Notes: a model not told the origin generated them from the letters alone. Shown: positions 1 to 11,566, counted from the first letter of the stretch. The stretch is DNA of 64,000 nucleotides from an uncultured Bacteroidota bacterium (GCA_963793485.1 CAWCAB010000002.1:1061055-1125054); one strand, 5' to 3'. Program-made: numbers and translations.

Positions 1-374
1 AGGTAAACAGTGGCAGTATATCCAAACTCTTCCAGCAAAGGAAGTCCGTTTTCGTAGAAACTTTGGTAACCATCATCGATAGTGAGCACCACCGTCCTGG
101 GTGGGATGTCTTCCTGCATATTGATGGCATGAACGGCACGCCCCATGGTCCAGACTGTAAAATTATTCTGCTTGAGATAGGCCAACTGGCCCCTGAACAC
201 ATCCGCAGGAATATTGGTGCTAGGATAGCGCCCATCATCAAAGCGATGGTAAACAAAGCAAACAATATGGTCTTTGTGGGCTGGCAAGGGAGATGATAAT
301 GAGGTCAAAATGAATAGCATTATCATCACCAGAGCCACAAAACCAAAATTGCGCTTGGGTTTGATAGAAAACAT
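1..374 (-). CDS. Polysaccharide deacetylase (CE4/NodB, IcaB/PgaB-like), runs off window edge
   Basis: Not in ORF track (no stop in window). Hand translation from ATG 374: signal peptide MFSIKPKRNFGFVALVMIML..., then VYHRF...YPSTN and VVLTIDDGYQSFYENGLPLLEEFGYTATVY (T-x-DDG motif). TATCTTTG -7 box on minus strand at 419-426. Confidence 0.85.
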   Translation of the reverse strand, partial: MFSIKPKRNFGFVALVMIMLFILTSLSSPLPAHKDHIVCFVYHRFDDGRYPSTNIPADVFRGQLAYLKQNNFTVWTMGRAVHAINMQEDIPPRTVVLTIDDGYQSFYENGLPLLEEFGYTATVY

Positions 375-468
375 GGTGCATTTGGGTTATGTGAAGACTC
401 CGCTTATAGCCTTCTTCTCAAAGATAGAAAATTTTACACTGGATTCAATACGAATTTAGTAAATTTAC

Positions 469-572
469 ATACTTGATACTGGATACTGGCTACTGGCTAC
501 TGGATACTGGTACTGGATACTGGATACTGGTTGCTAGTTCTTACCAGAAACCAGTAACAAGAAACCAGAAAC
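469..572. repeat. Heptamer tandem tract (ATACTGG/CTACTGG)n followed by near-complementary (CCAGAAA/CCAGTAA)n
   Basis: About 9 forward units at 469-537 and 4 inverted-like units at 544-572, read directly. Confidence 0.9.
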
Positions 573-582
573 ATTTTTAATT

Positions 583-1099
583 ATGGCAAAAAAAGAGATT
601 GCAATACTGAAAAAACAGATCGAACGCCTTGAGGTCAAGGATTTCGACCTGGAAGCATGGAAGAAATTCACAATCGTGATGCTGGCGCGAATCTTCGGGG
701 ATACGTCTGAAAAGATCCGGCAGATCGAGAGTATCGAATACGATTACTCATCATGGTCTTTGCGCGATACCAGTGGATCTTCTTCATATATGGAAAGCTG
801 TAAAAAGCTTGGCAGGAAGATACTGGAAGCTTCCATTGAGGAACTGGAAGCCTTCGGCCTTCCCGACACATCAGGTGAAGACGATAAATTCTTTCAACTT
901 GTTATCGAAGCCCTTCAGGATGAGTTGAAGGGATCGCAATTTAGGCAGTTAAGAGATGTTATCCTGAAAACCAAAGATGAAGACCGAGCTGAAAGACATG
1001 GTGAGAGAGATATTGAATGAATATGATACCTATGTGCCGGTCGATATACTAACATCCATACTTACCAATACCGTATTTAAACACGAATTATCAAAATAG
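583..1099 (+). CDS. Hypothetical helical protein, one +1 frameshift near 984-985
   Basis: ORF 583..1020. Removing one C from GACCGAG extends the frame as ...DEDELKDMVREILNEYDTYVPVDILTSILTNTVFKHELSK* to TAG 1097-1099, 4 nt before the next ATG. Span is 3n+1. Confidence 0.7.
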
Positions 1100-1103
1100 A
1101 GAC

Positions 1104-1836
1104 ATGCAAGCAGACAATTTATCAAAAGCAGACAAAGCAAAACTCATCCTCGACTTTTTCCACCGCACCATGATGCATCATGCCATATGGTTTGCGGAGG
1201 TACAACACCAGATGGGCCGTGAAAAGGCATTTAAAGCACTGGATGCTGCCTGGCAAAAAAGCTATGCCATACAGATGAAGCGCCTGGGAAAGATCCTCGG
1301 CTTTGAAAATGAAGACGGCGTCCCGGCCCCGATTCTCGACTTGCCGGATGAGAAAATTGGACGAGCTCATGGAAGGCTCTGCCATCAACTGGCTGGCCAA
1401 CGACGGGGTATGGTTTCAGGCGGTGGAGTTTGAGTATGGCATGAATGAAGCCAAACGATGCAACGACAGCGCATGGGCACAGTTCTCTCCCCTGGAAGCA
1501 TGGTCGATCAAGCGTATGCTGGAACTGCCTGAGCAGGCCGGACTGGAGGGGTTGAAGAAAGCACTTCAATTCAGGCTTTATGCCTACATAAACACGCAGT
1601 CGTTTACGGAAGAGACAGAAAACAGCTTCGTATTCCGTATGAACGAATGCAGGGTGCAAGTAGCCCGTAAGCGCAAAGGCCTGGATGACTACCCCTGTAA
1701 ATCAGGAGGACTGGTGGAATACACCAATTTTGCCGAAGCCATCGATTCCCGCATCAAGACTGAGTGTATCTGCTGCCCACCCGATGAGCATCCTGAAGAG
1801 TACTATTGTGCGTGGAAGTTTACTCTAATTGAGTAG
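1104..1836 (+). CDS. DUF6125-like protein (Cys-rich C-terminus), one +1 frameshift in the A-run at 1353-1356
   Basis: ORFs 1104..1433 and 1303..1836 join as ...LPDEK/LDELMEG... Motifs WLANDGVWFQAVE, CRVQVARKRKGL.YPCK, CICCPPD, CAW. Span is 3n+1. Confidence 0.75.
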
Positions 1837-1865
1837 TTAAATAAGCTTCTTTGTTTCATAATTTT

Positions 1866-1947
1866 ACTGTCCCACTGTCTCACTGTTTCATTGGCTGGTA
1901 TTCCCGTATTCTCGTATTCTATCGAAGAAAACTGCCTACTGTCTACT
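1866..1947. repeat. Mixed 7/8-mer tandem tract (ACTGTCCC, GTATTCC, ACTGCCT units) between convergent genes
   Basis: Read directly from sequence. Confidence 0.7.
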
Positions 1948-3409
1948 ATTTTTTAAGCCATTTCCCACTCTCAAAAAGCCCCCCCTCATTGTATATTCGG
2001 TATACATATGTTCCAGATTTGAGCGCAACGGTATTCACCTCTCCCCATTTGCCATTTATCTGCTCAGACAGAACAATTTTACCACTGATATCATATAGTT
2101 CAAAAATGCTTTTCTTGTAATGTGCAGCCACCCTCACCTTCAGGTAATCTGTACCGGGGTTTGGAAACACCAGGGCCTCCCGCATTTCAATGCCGGGTTG
2201 TTCCGGAGTGCCAACAAGCAGCCCTTCGGAATTCAGTTTAAGTACATGAATATCGAGTTCTTCTTCGCTTACATTCTGGTAATCATATCGGGTGCCAACA
2301 ATAATACAACCTCCATCATTTGCTGCTATGATCTTTTGCATCCAGTAACATGCATCTCCACCATAAAACCGCTCCCAGCGTATATTAAGGTTGCTATCAG
2401 TTTGAAGAACATAATACCAGGTTGGCCAGGTAGCATAAAACATCCCAAAAGCTTTTGTGCCTCCGATAAAAATGGAATCCTTATTGTGAAAGTCCAATGC
2501 ACTAAATGCCGGCATATCCAGATAGCTTGTTCCCCAGGATTTAAACATATTGTTTGATGTGTCAATAGGATGTAATTGTCTGTATAATCCGATATCATGA
2601 TCGTTACCATCATCCCATTCTCCGGTCATATAAAAAGATGTATCTGTATCCCATTTAATTCCGTAGGGACTATTTATGTGATGTGGCCTGGCATACTCAT
2701 ATTCAATAAAGTTCATTTCATTGTCAATGATATAGTATGATGGGCTTAAATCATCTGTCAGCCATATTGATGAGTCGGGCAATTGCTTTGCATCATGTGG
2801 CATTGCTCTTATGTCTAGATAAAAGCGCGCAGCCATACTGTCTAAGTTTTCATTTAAAATATATAGAAACGGGAATGAGGTAAAACTGCTATCATATTGA
2901 TGAATACATCCGGAAATGAGATATTGATCGTAAATTCCCTCACTCATCTCGCTTATGAAGCTTCTGTACTGGGGAGGGAAGGAAAAAGCTTTTTCATGAA
3001 CAATTTGCAAATCCTCATCCATCCATTTGAATTCTAGTTTCATTTCATAAAACCCACCAAGTGGATTCCTAATTGTATCAGTTGAAACGCCAAATACAAT
3101 AATGGAATCTTGTGAAACTGCTATTAAACGGTTTATGTAAAATCGACGATCTGTGTTTCCTATATAAAGATCATCCATAGTTGAGCCATATTTGTCAAGT
3201 TTAATAATTAAACCTTCGGAATGCCCATAAAACTCATTAGGCTTAGTTTGGAAACCTGCAATATAGATACTACCGTCAGCAGCTTCAATCAACTCACCTG
3301 CAAGCTCATTCAATGGTGTAGAGTAAATAGTTTCCCAGGTGTTCTCCTGTGAATATAGTGAAACCCTAAGAATTAGTAATATTTGAATTATGAGAATACC
3401 CTTATTCAT
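1946..3409 (-). CDS. T9SS type A sorting domain-containing secreted protein (probable beta-propeller)
   Basis: Signal peptide MNKGILIIQILLILRVSLYSQ at ATG 3409; WERFYGG and DGGCIIVG repeats; C-terminal VFPNPG...LYDISGK...SGTYVYRI...KWLKK. Confidence 0.85.
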   Translation of the reverse strand: MNKGILIIQILLILRVSLYSQENTWETIYSTPLNELAGELIEAADGSIYIAGFQTKPNEFYGHSEGLIIKLDKYGSTMDDLYIGNTDRRFYINRLIAVSQDSIIVFGVSTDTIRNPLGGFYEMKLEFKWMDEDLQIVHEKAFSFPPQYRSFISEMSEGIYDQYLISGCIHQYDSSFTSFPFLYILNENLDSMAARFYLDIRAMPHDAKQLPDSSIWLTDDLSPSYYIIDNEMNFIEYEYARPHHINSPYGIKWDTDTSFYMTGEWDDGNDHDIGLYRQLHPIDTSNNMFKSWGTSYLDMPAFSALDFHNKDSIFIGGTKAFGMFYATWPTWYYVLQTDSNLNIRWERFYGGDACYWMQKIIAANDGGCIIVGTRYDYQNVSEEELDIHVLKLNSEGLLVGTPEQPGIEMREALVFPNPGTDYLKVRVAAHYKKSIFELYDISGKIVLSEQINGKWGEVNTVALKSGTYVYRIYNEGGLFESGKWLKK

Positions 3410-3422
3410 ATTAAAAAATTTA

Positions 3423-3455
3423 ATCAGGAAGGCCTGAACTTCAGGTCTTCCTGAT
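3423..3455 (-). terminator. Strong intercistronic hairpin (partial terminator or mRNA stabiliser)
   Basis: ATCAGGAAGGCCTGAA-C-TTCAGGTCTTCCTGAT near-perfect stem, followed on the minus strand by TAAATTTTTT. Confidence 0.6.
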
Positions 3456-3464
3456 AGATTAAAA

Positions 3465-4442
3465 CTAGTTTCCGGAATTCTGATACGGTACTCCATATGT
3501 TATAGAGTAATAGTGACAATAAAAGGGATACTGCATTGATCCTCCCCACGTATCATCAATCTCAATGCCAACAAAGTTTTTCCCTGCCGGCTTCACACCA
3601 TCAGGATCACTACTGTATATGATCTCATCAGCTTCGAGCAAATAGTACTGCAGGGTTTCATTATACATACAATTGTCTAGTGTGTATGTGTTATCCCTAT
3701 ATATCTGACCTGGAAAATCGGTAGGTCCTACCTCAATAGTAATAAGGTCGGTATATCCACCGGAACCTCCCACCCATGTATTGGAGCCATACATTAGCCT
3801 CCAGGATATTTCATTCGATCCATCTGATACTCCCTGCATTGTGCCATCGCATTTTCCTGCCGGAGGAACAGTGGGTGGATCTTCTCCCAGCGTGCCCCAA
3901 ATCCAGTCATCATCGTCACTGAAAGGATAGTACCCTGAAACAAGGTTAAACCCAAAGCCATTGATCGCTGTAATGTAAGCCGTATTACTCACGATAGAAT
4001 CTAACACAACATCACAAAACCGCATAAATGTTTCTTCACTGTCAATAGATTCAAGCTGGTTTTGAATGTCCGTTTCCATCTGGCTGTTGAGTGTCTGAAC
4101 ATCGGTCAGGTACGCCATATTATTAGCATTTACACTGAGGGTGTAATTTGCTTTGTAAACAATAAAATCCCTGGTGGATGTATCAGGGATTGCATAATTG
4201 TAATTTTGCAAAGCTTCGGAGTTCCATACAACAGAGTCAATGTGGATCTTATCACCGGCTTTTAAAGTACTATTCATTTTTTGCTCAAATTGCTGAATGA
4301 GGCTCAACACTTTTTGGCTGTGGTTTGACAATTCAATCTTTTTGTCCTGGCCTGCTGTTACAGCTTCATCTTTCTTACATGAAGTAAAGGCAAAGCTGAT
4401 CATCAGCATAATAACGGCCATTGTCTTAATTTTGTTTTTCAT
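3465..4442 (-). CDS. Hypothetical lipoprotein
   Basis: 325 aa; lipobox FTSC followed by KKDE; no family recognised. Confidence 0.8.
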   Translation of the reverse strand: MKNKIKTMAVIMLMISFAFTSCKKDEAVTAGQDKKIELSNHSQKVLSLIQQFEQKMNSTLKAGDKIHIDSVVWNSEALQNYNYAIPDTSTRDFIVYKANYTLSVNANNMAYLTDVQTLNSQMETDIQNQLESIDSEETFMRFCDVVLDSIVSNTAYITAINGFGFNLVSGYYPFSDDDDWIWGTLGEDPPTVPPAGKCDGTMQGVSDGSNEISWRLMYGSNTWVGGSGGYTDLITIEVGPTDFPGQIYRDNTYTLDNCMYNETLQYYLLEADEIIYSSDPDGVKPAGKNFVGIEIDDTWGGSMQYPFYCHYYSITYGVPYQNSGN

Positions 4443-4881
4443 TTTCTTAAGATTTTTTATTTACAAAATGTCATAAATTGCATAGCCGGCCACGCTATCT
4501 AAAAAGTCTTATCTTTGCCTTTAACCCCCTTTCTTTGTTGGTTTGTATTTCCATTTCGAGATGTTAATATTTGTCATCAATTAAAAGGGGTTTCTTTCAA
4601 TCCCCATCATTGTTCACGCAATTACAATGATCAGCACTTTGAATAATGCTTTGACGAAGTAGACTTCTGTAGTTCTTCTATTGGTAATAGTAGTACTATA
4701 TATTAGTTCCGAAAATCAACGAAAGGTAACCCCGGCTTAATCGTTTTTTTTTGATTGAAAAAGACTGATTTACAAAGAGGTAGTGGTGTGTAATAGCTTG
4801 AGAATTTGTGACGTTTTGAGCTTATTATTGAAATCAGAGATTATCAGACCCCAGGCCAAAGGGGCCAGGCTTCCGACAACA

Positions 4882-5023
4882 GCTTTCTGCTTTCTGCTTA
4901 CTGCGTACTGTCTACTGCGTACTGCCTACTGCCATCGCTAGCACCAAGTCCCCAGCACCTTCAATACGTAATACCTGATACATGTTACCTAATACCTAAT
5001 ACCTAATACATAGTACCTGGTAC
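4882..5023. repeat. Mosaic heptamer tract (TTTCTGC, TACTGCN, CAGCACC, TAATACC units) upstream of ileS promoter
   Basis: Consecutive arrays of different 7-mers, read directly. Confidence 0.85.
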
Positions 5024-5042
5024 GTTATACACATTTTTTTCC

Positions 5043-5050
5043 TATTTTTG
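5043..5050 (+). promoter_or_regulatory. Bacteroidota sigma-70 -7 box for ileS operon
   Basis: TATTTTTG matches TAnnTTTG, about 30 nt before the ATG. Confidence 0.6.
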
Positions 5051-5081
5051 CCCCTCGTAAAAACAGACGATAAACAATTCA

Positions 5082-8000
5082 ATGGCAAAGAAATACAGGG
5101 AATATAAGCAGCTGAACCTTACCGAAACAGGGAAAGAGATTGGTAAGTACTGGGAGGATCATGAGGTGTTTAAGAAAAGCCTCGAGATCAGAAAAGGCCA
5201 TGAGCCTTTCGTTTTTTATGAAGGCCCCCCATCTGCCAATGGCAAGCCGGGCATCCATCATGTCATGGCCCGTGCTATCAAGGATATTTTTTGCCGCTAT
5301 AAAACACAGAAGGGCTTCCTGGTCGACCGCAAGGCCGGATGGGATACACATGGCCTTCCTGTGGAGATCAGCGTAGAGAAAACCCTGGGAATTACCAAAG
5401 AAGACATTGGCACTAAGATCAGCGTAGAAGAGTATAACCTGGCCTGCCGTACAGAGGTGATGAAATACAAAGATCTCTGGGATGAGCTGACCGTGGAGAT
5501 GGGATACTGGGTCGACCTCGACAATCCTTATATCACCTTCGACAATAAATACATAGAAACCGTATGGTGGTTGCTCAAGAAGCTTTACGACAAGAAACTT
5601 CTATATAAAGGCTACACCATCCAGCCATATTCCCCTGCAGCCGGAACGGGCCTGAGCTCTCATGAGCTGAACCTGCCCGGATGCTACAAAGATGTGAAAG
5701 ACTCCACAGTGGTGGCACAATTTAAGGTGGTAAAGGATGAAAAATCCGAGCCTCTTTTCAAGGAAGATCATGGCGATGTGTTTTTCCTGGCATGGACCAC
5801 CACAGCCTGGACACTGCCTTCCAATACTGCTCTTGCAGTAGGAAAAAAGATCAAGTACAATCTTGTTCAAACATATAATGCCTACACCGGACTGCCAATC
5901 ACCGTAGTAGTTGCAAAAGACCTCTTCGGAAAGTTCTTCCCCGAGAAGAATGCCGAACTGGCCCTGGAAGATTACGAAGCCGGACAAAAAGCTATTCCTT
6001 TTAAGGTAATTGGAGAGTTCAGCGGAGCTGATTTAAAAGGGATTAATTACGAACAGTTGCTGCCATATGCACAGCCTGAGGATGGTGATGCCTTCCGTGT
6101 GGTGACTGCCAATTTTGTGACCACTGAAGACGGTACAGGTATCGTACATATTGCCCCGAGTTTTGGTGCAGATGACTTTAAAGTAGGCAGGGAGAACGGC
6201 ATTGGCTCGCTGACTATGGTTGATAAGCAGGGACGCTTTGTAGAGGCCATGGGTGAGTTTGCCGGTCGCTATGTGAAGAATGAATATGCCGTAGATTATG
6301 ATCCTGAAAAGGCCAATGATACTGTCGATATCGACATCATTGTGAAGCTGAAGAAAGAGAACAAGGCTTTCAAAACTGAAAAATACGAGCACTCCTATCC
6401 ACATTGCTGGCGTACTGATAAGCCCATCCTTTACTACCCGCTCGATAGCTGGTTTGTAAAGACTACGGCCTACAAAGACCGTATGATGGAATTGAATAAG
6501 ACCATCAACTGGAAGCCTGCTGCCACCGGCACCGGCCGCTTCGGCAACTGGCTCGAAAACCTGGTCGACTGGAACCTGTCCAGATCGAGGTTCTGGGGCA
6601 CGCCATTGCCTATCTGGGTCACTGAAGACCGGGAAGAAGAGATCTGCATCGGCTCCGCCGATCAGTTAAATGAAGAAATAGAAAAGGCTGTTGCTGCAGG
6701 CTTCATGGAACGGAATCCCATGGTGGGCTATAAATCCGGCGACATGTCGAAAGAGAATTACGATACCTTCGACCTGCACAGGCCTTTCGTAGATAATATT
6801 GTACTGGTTTCTGCCTCCGGCAAGAAAATGTTCCGTGAGCCCGACCTCATCGATGTATGGTTCGACTCAGGATCCATGCCATATGCACAGTTCCATTATC
6901 CTTTCGAAAATAAAGAGCTGGATAAATATTTCCCATCTGATTTTATTGCTGAGGGCGTGGATCAGACCAGGGGATGGTTCTTTACGCTGCATGCCATTGC
7001 CACTATGATATTCGATAAGGTGTCATTCAAAACATGTGTATCGAATGGCCTGGTGCTGGATAAGGACGGCAATAAGATGTCGAAAAGGCTGGGCAATGCA
7101 GCTGACCCTTTTGAAACCATCCACCAGTATGGCCCTGATGCCACACGCTGGTATATGATGACCAACTCTCAGCCATGGGATAATCTGAAGTTCGATAGCG
7201 ACAATATTCGCGAGGTTCAGAGGAAGTTCTTTGGTACGCTGTATAATACCTATGCTTTCTTCACCATGTATGCCAATATCGATGGCTTTGCTTATGCCGA
7301 GGATGATGTTCCTGCGGCGGAACGGCCTGAGATCGATCGCTGGATACTTTCAGAGTTGAACACCCTGATTGGCCTGGTGGATGAGGCATATGGCAATTAT
7401 GAACCTACCCGGGCAGGGCGCGCTATTGTTGAGTTTGTGAATGATCACCTGAGCAACTGGTATGTGAGGCTGAGCAGGAGGAGGTTCTGGAAAGGCGACT
7501 ATACAAAGGATAAGATCTCTGCATACCAGACTTTGTATCAGTGCCTGGATGTGATCGCAAAGCTCTCTGCTCCGATAGCTCCTTATTATATGGATCGCCT
7601 TTTTATTGACCTGAACGAGGTTACCGGCAAGGAGAAACAGGATTCGATACACCTGACAGATTTTCCCGAGAAGGACAACAGCTTGATCGACAAAGACCTG
7701 GAAGAACGCATGCAATTGGCACAGAAATTCTCATCCATGGTCTTGTCATTGAGGAAAAAGTCGAATATCAGGGTGCGCCAACCTCTCAACAAGATCATGA
7801 TCCCTGTCCTGGACAAGAAATTTGAAAGGCAGCTGAAAGATATAGAAGACCTCATCCTCTCCGAGGTGAATGTGAAAGAGCTTGAATACCTTCACGATAC
7901 TACCGGTGTGCTGGTGAAAAGCATCAAGCCTGATTTTAAGGCCCTTGGGCCTAAATATGGCAAGATGATGAAGCAGATCGCGGCAGCCGTAAATGCATTC

Positions 8001-8444
8001 GACCAGAAAGACATAGCAAGGATAGAGCAGGATGAAAAATATATGCTGAATATAGATGGACAGGAAGTAGAGATTCTCCTGACGGATGTAGATATCGTCA
8101 CCCAGGATATTCCTGGCTGGCTAATCAGCAGTATGGGCAATCTTACTGTGGCCTTAGACGTTACACTAAGCCCTGAACTGATCGAGGAGGGCATTGCCCG
8201 TGACCTCGTGAACAGGATACAAAACCTGCGGAAAGACAAAGGTTTTGAAGTGACAGATAAGATCAATTTAAAAATTGAAAAAAACCCTGAAATAAGTGGG
8301 GCAATCCAAAACAATTATGATTATATTTGTTCAGAGACCCTGACCGAATCACTTGATTTGACAGAAAAGCTTCCTGAAGATGAGATCATCAGGGTTGAAT
8401 TGTCAGATAATCTTGAAGCCGGTCTTATCATAGAAAAGGTCTGA
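5082..8444 (+). CDS. ileS: Isoleucine--tRNA ligase (type 2)
   Basis: FYEGPPSANG.PGIHH, GWDTHGLP, WTTT.WTLPSN, AEGVDQTRGWF, KMSKR motifs. Confidence 0.98.
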   Translation: MAKKYREYKQLNLTETGKEIGKYWEDHEVFKKSLEIRKGHEPFVFYEGPPSANGKPGIHHVMARAIKDIFCRYKTQKGFLVDRKAGWDTHGLPVEISVEKTLGITKEDIGTKISVEEYNLACRTEVMKYKDLWDELTVEMGYWVDLDNPYITFDNKYIETVWWLLKKLYDKKLLYKGYTIQPYSPAAGTGLSSHELNLPGCYKDVKDSTVVAQFKVVKDEKSEPLFKEDHGDVFFLAWTTTAWTLPSNTALAVGKKIKYNLVQTYNAYTGLPITVVVAKDLFGKFFPEKNAELALEDYEAGQKAIPFKVIGEFSGADLKGINYEQLLPYAQPEDGDAFRVVTANFVTTEDGTGIVHIAPSFGADDFKVGRENGIGSLTMVDKQGRFVEAMGEFAGRYVKNEYAVDYDPEKANDTVDIDIIVKLKKENKAFKTEKYEHSYPHCWRTDKPILYYPLDSWFVKTTAYKDRMMELNKTINWKPAATGTGRFGNWLENLVDWNLSRSRFWGTPLPIWVTEDREEEICIGSADQLNEEIEKAVAAGFMERNPMVGYKSGDMSKENYDTFDLHRPFVDNIVLVSASGKKMFREPDLIDVWFDSGSMPYAQFHYPFENKELDKYFPSDFIAEGVDQTRGWFFTLHAIATMIFDKVSFKTCVSNGLVLDKDGNKMSKRLGNAADPFETIHQYGPDATRWYMMTNSQPWDNLKFDSDNIREVQRKFFGTLYNTYAFFTMYANIDGFAYAEDDVPAAERPEIDRWILSELNTLIGLVDEAYGNYEPTRAGRAIVEFVNDHLSNWYVRLSRRRFWKGDYTKDKISAYQTLYQCLDVIAKLSAPIAPYYMDRLFIDLNEVTGKEKQDSIHLTDFPEKDNSLIDKDLEERMQLAQKFSSMVLSLRKKSNIRVRQPLNKIMIPVLDKKFERQLKDIEDLILSEVNVKELEYLHDTTGVLVKSIKPDFKALGPKYGKMMKQIAAAVNAFDQKDIARIEQDEKYMLNIDGQEVEILLTDVDIVTQDIPGWLISSMGNLTVALDVTLSPELIEEGIARDLVNRIQNLRKDKGFEVTDKINLKIEKNPEISGAIQNNYDYICSETLTESLDLTEKLPEDEIIRVELSDNLEAGLIIEKV

Positions 8445-8468
8445 AGGGCTTAACAAAAACCAGCAGTT

Positions 8469-8870
8469 ATGGCAAAGAAGGAACAAACTGAAGAAAAAAA
8501 GACACGGTATTCTGATGAAGAATTGGCGGAATTCAAAGCGATTATAGAAGGAAAGCTGGCGAAAGCACAGAGCGATCTGCAGTTGCTTACCGAAGCCTAT
8601 ACCAACGCAAACGACCATGGTACCAACGATACTTCCCCAACCTTTAAGGTCCTGGAGGAAGGCTACCAGGTATTGTCGAAGGAAGAGAACAGCAGGCTGG
8701 CCGCCCGCCAGAGCAAGTTCATTCAGAACCTGGAGAATGCCCTGGTCAGGATTGAGAACAAGACCTATGGCATTTGCCGGGCTACCGGAAAACTGATCGC
8801 CAAAGAGCGTCTCAGAAGTGTACCTCATGCCACATTGAGCATTGAGGCTAAAAATAACCAGTACAATTAG
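8469..8870 (+). CDS. dksA: TraR/DksA family transcriptional regulator
   Basis: ALVRIENKTYGICRATGKLIAKERLRSVPHATLS; typical ileS-dksA-lspA order. Confidence 0.85.
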   Translation: MAKKEQTEEKKTRYSDEELAEFKAIIEGKLAKAQSDLQLLTEAYTNANDHGTNDTSPTFKVLEEGYQVLSKEENSRLAARQSKFIQNLENALVRIENKTYGICRATGKLIAKERLRSVPHATLSIEAKNNQYN

Positions 8871-8914
8871 GATCAAGGTATTGCCGGTATGGCATCTGAT
8901 AATCCCCGAAATAA

Positions 8915-9523
8915 GTGAAAAGGTCAACCCTAGTCATCTTAACAGTATTCAGCATACTGATCATTGATCAGGTGTTCAAGGTCTGGATAAAGACCCATAT
9001 GTACCTCGGAGAGGAATACTCTGTGATCGGCGATTGGTTCCTGATCCATTTTACTGAAAATGAAGGGATGGCCTTCGGGATGACACTCGGGGGTGGATTT
9101 GGAAAGCTTGCTCTCAGCATCTTTCGAATCATAGCGGTCATACTCATTGGATGGTACCTTTTGTATTTATCACGTACCAAAGCTCACCGAGGCTTGATAT
9201 TTAGTATAGCACTCATCTTTGTCGGCGCCCTTGGTAACATTGTTGATAGTGCCGTTTATGGTTTGCTGTTTTCACAAAGCACCTTCCACTCCGTGGCAGA
9301 ATTTATGCCCGAAGGAGGTGGCTATGGAGGCTTCCTGCATGGGAAGGTTGTGGATATGCTATACTTCCCAATTATTTATGGTTCATATCCTGAATGGGTT
9401 CCATGGAAAGGTGGTGATCCCTTTATTTTCTTCCGCCCCGTCTTCAACATAGCGGATTCGGCGATCACTACCGGTGTGATTATTCTCATTGTTTTCCAGC
9501 GTCGATTTTTCCGCAAGCGCTAA
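8915..9523 (+). CDS. lspA: Lipoprotein signal peptidase II
   Basis: DQ..K, NEGMAFG, GALGNIVD, VVDML, PVFNIADSAI; GTG start. Confidence 0.95.
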   Translation: MKRSTLVILTVFSILIIDQVFKVWIKTHMYLGEEYSVIGDWFLIHFTENEGMAFGMTLGGGFGKLALSIFRIIAVILIGWYLLYLSRTKAHRGLIFSIALIFVGALGNIVDSAVYGLLFSQSTFHSVAEFMPEGGGYGGFLHGKVVDMLYFPIIYGSYPEWVPWKGGDPFIFFRPVFNIADSAITTGVIILIVFQRRFFRKR

Positions 9524-9530
9524 ATATCTC

Positions 9531-9560
9531 CTAGCACCCAGCACCCAGTCCCCAGCACCT
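9531..9560. repeat. Heptamer tract (CAGCACC) upstream of atpD promoter
   Basis: CTAGCACCCAGCACCCAGTCCCCAGCACCT, nearly identical to 4938-4960. Confidence 0.75.
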
Positions 9561-9644
9561 TATTTATAATAATTATAAAAAAACCCCCTCCGCATTCTCT
9601 GAAAATCATAGAATATTTTATCTTTGCGAAAAATTTCCCCATAG

Positions 9645-11162
<1,518 letters not shown>

Positions 11163-11173
11163 AAACACTGTTT

Positions 11174-11410
11174 ATGAAGCTTGAGATTATAACCCCCGAT
11201 AAGTCAGTTTACACAGGTGAAGTAAGCCTGGTACAACTGCCGGGTATTGATGGATCTTTCGAGATCCTGAATATGCATGCTCCGCTGATCTCGGTCCTGA
11301 AAAAGGGCAAGATCAAGATCAAAGATGACCAGAACAAAGAGCAATTCTTTGAAGTAAATGGTGGTGTGATCGAAGTGCTTAAGAATAAAGTATTGATTTT
11401 AGCAGAGTAG
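11174..11410 (+). CDS. atpC: F1F0 ATP synthase subunit epsilon (short form)
   Basis: LEIITPD, LPG.DG.FEIL..HAPLIS; follows atpD. Confidence 0.95.
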   Translation: MKLEIITPDKSVYTGEVSLVQLPGIDGSFEILNMHAPLISVLKKGKIKIKDDQNKEQFFEVNGGVIEVLKNKVLILAE

Positions 11411-11442
11411 GTTTTCCTGTTGAGATTCTAATTTGATTATAA

Positions 11443-11498
11443 AAGAACGGCGCGCCGCTCAACTAAAAATTTCAATGGTGCGGCGCGCCGTTCTTCTT
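11443..11498. terminator. Probable bidirectional intrinsic terminator
   Basis: 16-bp inverted repeat AAGAACGGCGCGCCGC / GCGGCGCGCCGTTCTT between convergent genes. Confidence 0.75.
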
Positions 11499-11513
11499 TA
11501 TACCAAGGCTTTC

Positions 11514-11560
11514 TGTCATTTCGAAGAAATCCTGCAACATGCGGGATGAATGAGAAATCC
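11514..11560. repeat. REP-like element, TGTCATTTCGA...GAGAAATCC family
   Basis: Shares ends with copies at 48878-48903, 50124-50152 and 50174-50224; internal hairpin ATCCTGCA/TGCGGGAT. Confidence 0.7.
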
Positions 11561-11566
11561 CCGAGC

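Noticed and set aside
984-1356. Programmed frameshifting or pseudogenes in the two adjacent genes
   Set aside because: Each is a single extra base in a short run (CC, AAAA) with intact coding on both sides and no slippery heptamer or stimulatory structure seen. Read or assembly error is more likely; check raw reads.
8469-8870. DksA with only one zinc-finger cysteine
   Set aside because: Typical of the Bacteroidota family.
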